Virus record (IMG/VR): IMGVR_UViG_3300025646_000030
Location: 6,708-70,707 of that record
Source of the DNA: a virus
DNA: 64,000 nucleotides
Direction: 5' to 3' (one strand)
Shown: positions 57,600 to 64,000 of the stretch, piece by piece
Layout: the number at the start of each line of letters is the position of its first letter
How positions within the stretch are numbered: the stretch's first letter is position 1
Notes under the pieces: model-generated
Databases searched by the model: none
Seen by the model: the letters and a program-made list of their open reading frames with translations, nothing else
What the model was told of the DNA's origin: nothing
Position numbers and translations under genes: made by a program

Positions 57600-58463
57600 T
57601 CAAGCGGTATGGCCCTGGCGCGCAAGGTGCAGGCGCAGCTTGTTCAGCGCGGCGTAGTGGATCTGGCCGACACGCGAACGGGTCAGTCCCAGCTCCTCGG
57701 CCAGGGCGCGGAACGTCGTGTTCTCGTGGAAGACGGCATGCAGAATTTGGGCCTCAGTCTGGTTCAGGCACTCCGCCATGGCCAGCCGAAGGGCCTCGTA
57801 GTTGGCCTCCCGCTCCGCGCTTTCGTAGGCCTCGGGGGTCGAGTGGTCCGCGATGAACTCCACCAGGGCGTTCTCGGATTCGCGGCTCGGTGCATCGAGG
57901 GAGCAGCAGAGCGTGGTGGCGTGCTGGTCGAACACCTGCCGCATCCGCTCTTCCGTGACGCCGAGCTGCTCGGCCAGTTCGGCCTGCGTGGGTGGGCGGC
58001 CGTGCTGCGCTGTGTACTCGCTGGTGGCGCGTTGCGCCTTGTACAGGAGCTCGTACGTGTTGATCGGCAGGCGGATCGTCCGCGAGTAGGTGTTGATCGC
58101 CCTCGTGATCGCCTGGCGGATCCACCAATAGGTATATGTGCTGACGGCGTAGCCGCGGGTGGGATCGAAGAGCTCCAGGCCGCGGATCAGGCCGAGGGAG
58201 CCCTCCTGGATCAGGTCTGCCAGGTCGAGGCCACGACCTTGGTAGCGCTTGGCGATTGAGACGACCAGGCGGATGTTGGTCTCGATCATCACCTGCATCG
58301 AGCGCTCACCAGCGCGGCGCACCCTTGGAGGGGCAGCATCGCGACCGCCTCCGTGGTGCAGCCAGGTTTGGATCTGGCGGCAGTGGTGCAACTGCAGCTC
58401 CTTGGTGAGGACCTGGTGTCGACCGACCTCGGTTAGATAGTCGTGGATCTCAGAGTTGGACAT
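57600..58463 (-). CDS. RpoD/SigA-family RNA polymerase sigma factor
   Basis: [44 protein letters not shown], region-4 HTH. Confidence 0.95.
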   Translation of the reverse strand: MSNSEIHDYLTEVGRHQVLTKELQLHHCRQIQTWLHHGGGRDAAPPRVRRAGERSMQVMIETNIRLVVSIAKRYQGRGLDLADLIQEGSLGLIRGLELFDPTRGYAVSTYTYWWIRQAITRAINTYSRTIRLPINTYELLYKAQRATSEYTAQHGRPPTQAELAEQLGVTEERMRQVFDQHATTLCCSLDAPSRESENALVEFIADHSTPEAYESAEREANYEALRLAMAECLNQTEAQILHAVFHENTTFRALAEELGLTRSRVGQIHYAALNKLRLHLARQGHTA

Positions 58464-58514
58464 GCGGTCGTTGGCAACCGGATTCGGGCGGGCGAAGGTA
58501 CGAAATGAAGGCGC

Positions 58515-58841
58515 TCATGACTCATGGCGATGGGATGGGATGTCCTGCTGCGCGGGGAGCGCGTAGCCCGGGGGCGTCTGAACCTGAGCGACGGGCGGCG
58601 GGTCCGGGGGGTCATGCACCTCAACGGGCAAGGGGGCTGCGAGGAGCAGGGCGTCCGGGTCACTTGTGAGGTGATCGGCGAGGACCCACTGAGCTCTGAG
58701 CAGGTCTTCGAAACAACGCTCCAAGAGCGGGGCGCTGCCGGCGTAGGCGAGGGCGCTGGACGGCGAGTTGCGTAGCTCCCATTTGTAGTAGCCGTCCTCG
58801 GTGGAGCGGATGGTGATGTGGAGGGGGGAGGCGAAGGTCAT
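58515..58841 (-). CDS. Hypothetical protein
   Basis: ORF coupled to the helicase stop. Confidence 0.55.
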   Translation of the reverse strand: MTFASPLHITIRSTEDGYYKWELRNSPSSALAYAGSAPLLERCFEDLLRAQWVLADHLTSDPDALLLAAPLPVEVHDPPDPPPVAQVQTPPGYALPAQQDIPSHRHES

Positions 58842-60292
58842 TAATCCGCAATTACGTGTAAAGCACTTGAAGCACGTGTGATACCGACGTAAGCAAGTTG
58901 ATTTTGTTGACGGGTTGGTTTGTTGCTCCAGCCGTCAATTTCCCTGTGAAGGAAGACATTGCGAAATGTACTCCCCTGACTCTTGTGAATGGTCAGCGCA
59001 GATGACGGTTGCAAGCGCCCGACGCTGTCCTTGCGAGTGAAGAAGAGTCTCCAAAGCATTCGGCGTCTCTCAGCAGACGCTTCTTTCGCTTTGTCTCGGA
59101 TGGCTTTCATTGTTGCCTTCCATCTACTCAGTGAATCTTGTGCTATTACTCGGAAGGTGACGCGAGACGAAGTGTCGCCTGGTATGCATGCGGTAATACG
59201 CCATGTGTTCCACGGTTCTGGCTGTTCTGCCTTTTCTGGCTTTTTAATGTTCTCGTCCTTAAGGATCTCCAGCCAGTCTAGATCTGTATTGAATATGTGT
59301 GGTTCGGGTAAGGCGCTCTCGATGACAACATCTGTTGTGCTGTAGAGCAAAGGGCTTCCCCCGTCTGGACTAGGTATGGCGTCGGAAGTTAAGCAACTCA
59401 TCCCTGCTACGAACTCGGGGGCATCAATCCCGTAGCGCCACTCATGGATCCGCCTATTTAGAGCTTCTACAGTTCTATTGGTCCATGCGAGTACGCGACA
59501 ATAGTCAGGGTCGTATAGCGAATCGCTAGACTTGAATGTATTAGACAGCGCTAGAAGCCACTCTTCTTGGCTTCCGTACGCAATTACTTTTGTATCTCCC
59601 CCTTCTGTCGAGAAAAACGGAGCCCGGCCCATGTCTAGCTCTCTGGTCTTTGTTGCCAGATTTAGAATGGCTCCGTCGTGTCTAAGCACCGACGTAAGTC
59701 GGTATCCTGTGGTGTAGGAGGTGAATGCGCGGCATACTGAGTCTTCACCTACTGGTAGCAGCTGGCGATCGTCGCCCACAAAGACAACAGGGCGCTCGCC
59801 CAACTCCTTGAGTAGTAAGTCATAAAGCTCACTATTTAACATTGAGCACTCATCTACGATGACAACGTCTATTTCCGGGTTTGGCACATAGCTGTGTATC
59901 CCTTCGTCCCATACCTCTGTTATGGTTAACATGTTTTTCCCGTAGGGGTCCGGCTCGAAGGTTTCTTTTCCTGTATCAAAATCTCGCTTTTGCCTTAAGC
60001 CTAGAAGTCTGTGAATAGTTGTGGCCTCAAAGTCTCTGGCGCCGTAGCTTCTTAACGCTTTCTCTACTTGTGCTCTAGCCTTGTGTGTCGGCGTCGCGAC
60101 AACCACGCGATAGCCTACGCTACTTAACCGACTAACCAGTGCGGCTGTTGTTACTGTCTTGCCAGTTCCTGCATAGCCACACAGTAAAACTCTGGAGCTT
60201 TCTCCATATATGTCAAGCAAGATAGATTCGACAACTTCTTCTTGATCCGCTGTCAAAGTCAGGGCCTTTGTATCGCATACTGTGTCGGTCAT
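58841..60292 (-). CDS. Dda/RecD-like SF1B helicase
   Basis: GYAGTGKT, TPTHKA, VDECSM, GD.RQL.PV, TIHKSQGSTF, YVGITRA. Confidence 0.92.
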   Translation of the reverse strand: MTDTVCDTKALTLTADQEEVVESILLDIYGESSRVLLCGYAGTGKTVTTAALVSRLSSVGYRVVVATPTHKARAQVEKALRSYGARDFEATTIHRLLGLRQKRDFDTGKETFEPDPYGKNMLTITEVWDEGIHSYVPNPEIDVVIVDECSMLNSELYDLLLKELGERPVVFVGDDRQLLPVGEDSVCRAFTSYTTGYRLTSVLRHDGAILNLATKTRELDMGRAPFFSTEGGDTKVIAYGSQEEWLLALSNTFKSSDSLYDPDYCRVLAWTNRTVEALNRRIHEWRYGIDAPEFVAGMSCLTSDAIPSPDGGSPLLYSTTDVVIESALPEPHIFNTDLDWLEILKDENIKKPEKAEQPEPWNTWRITACIPGDTSSRVTFRVIAQDSLSRWKATMKAIRDKAKEASAERRRMLWRLFFTRKDSVGRLQPSSALTIHKSQGSTFRNVFLHREIDGWSNKPTRQQNQLAYVGITRASSALHVIAD

Positions 60293-60296
60293 TGGT

Positions 60297-61016
60297 TCAA
60301 GGTGCAAGGCGGGCTTTATGCAGGCGCGAAGCGCCGTACCAGGCGGCGATCTCAGGGGTCCACGCTTCGAGGTGGGGCCACATCAGATCGCAGAGCTGTT
60401 GGATCTCGAGTTGGGCGTCGCGCTTTGCGCGGAGATCAAGGAAATGCAGCAGCGCACGTAGTGAGAAGGTCACTACAAAGTGCTGTCTGAAATCGAAGGG
60501 AATCATGCCTCGGGCGTGTTCTTCGGCGCGGCCACTCTCGATTGCAAGCTTGTAACGCACAGCAGAGTCGATGCAGATGATGCGATCGATCTTGCGTTGG
60601 TCCTCGGTGTACTCGTAGGACTTGCCTTGCCGATCTCGGTAGGTGCCGACGGGGCGGAGGTAGAAGACCTCCTCGATGTCCCGCGTGCCGTTTACGGCGT
60701 CGATGATGCGCTGTCCCGTGTACCGACCGGATTGACAGTCGAATGAGACGCCGACCCGGTGGGTGCGGGCCTGCTGCATCACGGAGTGAGGGAACCAACC
60801 GACGTTGAAGGTGATCGCTGGGTGCTCGAGTGGACCGTAGTGGCCACGGTCACCTTTAAGCAGGTGGCGGACAACAATCTCGCCGGCCTCGGTTTCGCCA
60901 AGGGCCTTTTCGTCGAAGACGAAGTCCTCGCTGTAGTCCTGGTGCATGGCACACCAGATGGTGAGCTGCGGGTTGAGTGTTGCGTTCAGCAACTCGACGC
61001 GGAATAGAGGGTCCAT
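60297..61016 (-). CDS. thyX: FAD-dependent thymidylate synthase
   Basis: HYGPLEH, RTHR..SFDCQSGRY, LRALLHFLDLR...AQLEI. Confidence 0.95.
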   Translation of the reverse strand: MDPLFRVELLNATLNPQLTIWCAMHQDYSEDFVFDEKALGETEAGEIVVRHLLKGDRGHYGPLEHPAITFNVGWFPHSVMQQARTHRVGVSFDCQSGRYTGQRIIDAVNGTRDIEEVFYLRPVGTYRDRQGKSYEYTEDQRKIDRIICIDSAVRYKLAIESGRAEEHARGMIPFDFRQHFVVTFSLRALLHFLDLRAKRDAQLEIQQLCDLMWPHLEAWTPEIAAWYGASRLHKARLAP

Positions 61017-61270
61017 CAGCCCTTGCGATAGGTGATTGGTTTCGACGAGCAGTGGATCTGCGGCACCCGCCAGGTGCGACCGTCGCGGTCGTATAGGTGC
61101 AGATGGGGGAAGCTCATCCACAGCTCGCCGCCCAGCACTGTGAAACGCTCATCAAGCGGATGGCCCTTCACGTAGACGGCTGAGCCGATGCGGAAGCGCC
61201 AGGGATACACCTGGTTCGTTTCGGCCGGCGTCGCCGCCAACGTCATCGGGACAGAAGGAATGATCGGCAT
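61016..61270 (-). CDS. Hypothetical protein
   Basis: TGATG coupling to thyX. Confidence 0.6.
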   Translation of the reverse strand: MPIIPSVPMTLAATPAETNQVYPWRFRIGSAVYVKGHPLDERFTVLGGELWMSFPHLHLYDRDGRTWRVPQIHCSSKPITYRKG

Positions 61271-61273
61271 GGC

Positions 61274-61840
61274 TCAGGCAGCAACGGGAGCAAGGCGTGA
61301 CTGCACCTGCTGGTACAGGTCGATCAACGTGCCGTCATTCACCAGGCGGCGATCGAAGAGTGGGTAGTCGTCCAGGCCGCCCTCGGAGGCATGCGCAGGT
61401 CCGCGCTCGGTGCCGGGGCGTTCGATCCGCCAGAGCTCTCCACCCAGGCGGCGCACCAGGGCCGCTTCGTTCGGGAAACGCACGTCATCCACCACGACAG
61501 GGATGCCGGCGTCGAGCTTCTGGCGGGTGGCGCGCTCCCAGCACATCAGCCACACCTCGGGGTGAACGGACTGGCGGCCGTACTCCGTCCCCAGTGTCTG
61601 CATTATGTGCCTTGCACTTGTGTTTATACCGGAAATCTTCTCTGACTTGTCTTTGTACAGTAGTCGTTCTGTTTCGGCTTCGTCTATCCCAAGAGCACTT
61701 AGTAGCACTGCTGCCATCAGCTTTATGGGTGTAGCAAATGCAACAGTGTGAAAACCATACGCGGACTGTAGATAAGACGCCACAGTGGATTTACCACTTT
61801 GAGGGGCAGGCGAGTACAAACCAATTAGTCGGGCAGTCAT
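61274..61840 (-). CDS. Deoxynucleoside monophosphate kinase
   Basis: SGKSTVA, FA.PIK, R..MQ.LGTE.GR, DDVRFPNE, HASE. Confidence 0.9.
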   Translation of the reverse strand: MTARLIGLYSPAPQSGKSTVASYLQSAYGFHTVAFATPIKLMAAVLLSALGIDEAETERLLYKDKSEKISGINTSARHIMQTLGTEYGRQSVHPEVWLMCWERATRQKLDAGIPVVVDDVRFPNEAALVRRLGGELWRIERPGTERGPAHASEGGLDDYPLFDRRLVNDGTLIDLYQQVQSRLAPVAA

Positions 61841-61898
61841 GAGTAGTCTCCTGTGTGAAATACCGAGAATTCCTTTGGGGGTAGTGGTCTGTGTTTGG

Positions 61899-62309
61899 TC
61901 ATGTCCGAGAGCGGTTTTCGACGATGGAGGGATCAAGGATTCCGAGCAGTGCCAGGAGCATCGAGGCGCCGGCGCGGCGGTAGATCTCCGGGGGGCTGCC
62001 GCCGTTCTTTGGGTCGCCGAGGATTGACCACAGCAAGGCGGTGAACTGGGCGATCACCAGCTCGGCGTTCTCCTCCTGGGCGAAGAGCGCCACCAAGGAG
62101 CGCAGCGCGTGAGAGGCGAGGAGCAAGGGCTCGAGACCGAGCTCGGAAAGCTCCTTGGTGATCTGCTGCAGCTGCTCGCTCTTGCCGTCGAGATCAGGAC
62201 CCAGGAGCTCGGTGAAGGTGAGTCCGCGCTCGGAGGCGATCTGACCTGCCATGGAGCCGGCCAGTGCTGTGGCGAGGTATTCCTCGATGCGGTTGGAGGT
62301 CGTCATCAT
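61899..62309 (-). CDS. Hypothetical protein
   Basis: 136-aa ORF in the operon. Confidence 0.65.
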   Translation of the reverse strand: MMTTSNRIEEYLATALAGSMAGQIASERGLTFTELLGPDLDGKSEQLQQITKELSELGLEPLLLASHALRSLVALFAQEENAELVIAQFTALLWSILGDPKNGGSPPEIYRRAGASMLLALLGILDPSIVENRSRT

Positions 62310-62992
62310 TTGCGTGCGTGGGTGAAGCGCTTCAGTCGTGCAAGAAAATGTTTGTAATACTGACTTAGATCGTCTTCGTCCAGTTCTTCGATCTGGGGCT
62401 TGTCGTCAGGGATAGCGACGACGACCATGGCGCGATTGATCGCCAGACCCATGTGGCCATAGACGTAATTCGCCGCTGTGACGTACGCTGCGCACTGCAG
62501 GGAGTAGTCGTACATCTTGTCTGGCTTGCGGGGAGAATCCGCCGTCTTCCAGTCAAGTAACGTCGGCTGCAGGTCGTCAGTGTCCAGGTACGCAATACAG
62601 TCCAGCGTTCCGGCAAAACCGTCGGGATGCCAGATCGCGCCTTCCATCAGGAGAGGCTTTTCGATGCGATTGAGGAACGATCTCGTGCTCTTCCAGTAGG
62701 GCGTGAGCAGGAAGTTGAACCGTGGCTCCTTCCCGTCTGTCAGGAAGTTCTCGATGTTCAGGTGATGCTCCGTACCGCGGAAGCACGCGATCTTGAGGAT
62801 TTCATCGGCGCGCTCGATGCCGATCGACTCGCGCCACAGCTCGAGGCCGCTGTTGTCGCGGGAGCCAGAGAGGACCGTGGTGACGGAGGGCATCCGACCA
62901 CAGGGTGTTTCGTACGCACGTTCGCCGCCCTCGTGGGAGCGCACCGGTTCGTATTGAGGAAGAAGGCTGATGCGCTGGGGAAGGGCAGGCAT
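62306..62992 (-). CDS. PD-(D/E)xK exonuclease
   Basis: PSVTTVL, RGT..H, AGTLDC, LDWKT, Q..AY. Confidence 0.88.
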   Translation of the reverse strand: MPALPQRISLLPQYEPVRSHEGGERAYETPCGRMPSVTTVLSGSRDNSGLELWRESIGIERADEILKIACFRGTEHHLNIENFLTDGKEPRFNFLLTPYWKSTRSFLNRIEKPLLMEGAIWHPDGFAGTLDCIAYLDTDDLQPTLLDWKTADSPRKPDKMYDYSLQCAAYVTAANYVYGHMGLAINRAMVVVAIPDDKPQIEELDEDDLSQYYKHFLARLKRFTHARK

Positions 62993-63003
62993 GGTCAGCT
63001 CGC

Positions 63004-63031
63004 AAAGGAAAGGGCGGGTTGGCGCCCGCCC
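63004..63031 (-). terminator. Putative intrinsic terminator/stabilising hairpin
   Basis: GGGCGGG-CGCCAA-CCCGCCC then TTTCCTTT. Confidence 0.55.
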
Positions 63032-63049
63032 GATTTAGGAACCCGTTAC

Positions 63050-63583
63050 TCAGGCTGTTGGGTCAGCCCAGGGATCCTTGTTCTCAAACAGGGCATAGAG
63101 GTTGCAGTCGACCTTCTCGTACTGCCGGGAGATCTCGGGGCGAACCGGTTTCGGGGGAGCCGCGAGCAGGTTGTAGCTGACCTTGCCACCCTTGTCATCG
63201 CGGGTGATCTTCAGGTCGTACTGGGAGAAGTCGCCGTAATCCTCATCGGCCATGTACTTGGCCAGTTGCTTCAGCACAGAGATCTGGGTCAGCTCGAGGA
63301 TCTTGAACTCTTCGTCCTCGTAGTCCCAGACGATGCCGGCGAAGAAACGCTTCGGCGCAAGCGAACCGTTCAGATCAGGCTTGATGTTCTCAGGCATCAC
63401 TTCGGGCTTCATCTCCCAGCGCACCGGCTTGTTATCGGTGTTCCAGGCAGACCAGCCGCTGATGCCGGCGCCCATATAGCGGACGCGCTTCTCACCTTCA
63501 ATCTTGCTCAGATTGATGTAGCGGCCGGAACCGGATGATTCGGCAAGGATTTCTTCGAAAAAGGAGTTAGCGATAGCAGGCAT
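63050..63583 (-). CDS. Putative single-stranded DNA-binding protein
   Basis: Aromatic beta-rich, WDY..KILELTQ, YDLKITR; next to the exonuclease. Confidence 0.6.
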   Translation of the reverse strand: MPAIANSFFEEILAESSGSGRYINLSKIEGEKRVRYMGAGISGWSAWNTDNKPVRWEMKPEVMPENIKPDLNGSLAPKRFFAGIVWDYEDEEFKILELTQISVLKQLAKYMADEDYGDFSQYDLKITRDDKGGKVSYNLLAAPPKPVRPEISRQYEKVDCNLYALFENKDPWADPTA

Positions 63584-63595
63584 GACGGCGAAAGT

Positions 63596-63775
63596 TCAGG
63601 AAACGGGGGACGTGCCCCTGGCTTGGAGGTGGCTCCGCACGATCTGCTCGCAGATCTGTGACGGCGAACTCTCTTCGGCCTGGGCGAGGTTGACCAGATA
63701 GCGGTAGGCGGTGTCTGTGAGGTACAGATGCCGCTTGCGCTTCAGCTCGCCGTAGAGGCGGTGCTTGGTGCCCAA
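63596..63775 (-). CDS. Small RHH-like DNA-binding protein (59 aa, TTG start)
   Basis: Translated by hand: MGTKHRLYGELKRKRHLYLTDTAYRYLVNLAQAEESSPSQICEQIVR... Confidence 0.6.
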   Translation of the reverse strand: MGTKHRLYGELKRKRHLYLTDTAYRYLVNLAQAEESSPSQICEQIVRSHLQARGTSPVS

Positions 63776-63796
63776 CCGCTTTGGTCAACTGAAATC

Positions 63797-63825
63797 ACAC
63801 TAACCAGCGACGAGGGGGTCGTCAA
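63797..63825 (-). promoter_or_regulatory. Sigma70 promoter
   Basis: TTGACG-N17-TAGTGT. Confidence 0.75.
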
Positions 63826-64000
63826 CCCATCAGGGCAGGTTGAATCGATCTAAATGAGACTCACCCCGAGACGAGGGGGGGGGGCCTTCACGCTACGCAT
63901 TTTACTTTTTAATGGTGCTAACGGGCTACGCCTTTCTTTTTAGTGCGAATGGTTGTCCTGATCCGACTGGGGCGGTACGGTGACCAGTACCCGAGAGCGC

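Noticed and set aside
63875-63884. G10 homopolymer as a phase-variable tract
   Set aside because: Near the window edge with no linked ORF; may be a sequencing artefact

Overview
A 64-kb segment of a tailed dsDNA phage with siphovirus-type gene content, probably infecting a GC-rich picocyanobacterium (Synechococcus/Cyanobium-like; host inferred from protein families). Almost all genes are on the minus strand. Left to right: lysis genes and tail fibres (1-9 kb); tail tip, tape measure and tail tube (9-24 kb); neck, capsid and DUF2213-type prohead protease (24-28.4 kb); a ~10.5-kb cluster of modular proteins flanking the MuF-like gene (28.7-39.3 kb); portal, HNH, tRNA(CAU) and terminases (39-43.7 kb); many small early genes (43.7-56 kb); a structured non-coding region (55.9-56.9 kb); and sigma factor, helicase, ThyX, dNMP kinase, nuclease and SSB-like genes (57-64 kb). 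Two candidates for undescribed biology stand out. (1) A head-module cassette in which one unit is repeated: an R-x-D site, a CG-x3-I-x5-C motif (9 copies in 5 ORFs), a hydrophobic helix and a variable domain (protein kinase, J-domain, alpha/beta-hydrolase, GNAT-like). The kinase appears reachable only through a GGGAAAG -1 frameshift. (2) A ~600-650-nt densely base-paired candidate ncRNA with its own sigma70 promoter, a 5'-3' closing stem, a pseudoknot and a terminator, at the head of the early operon. A Csx16-like protein is a further anti-CRISPR candidate. All family calls come from motif recognition by eye; no searches or folding programs were run.
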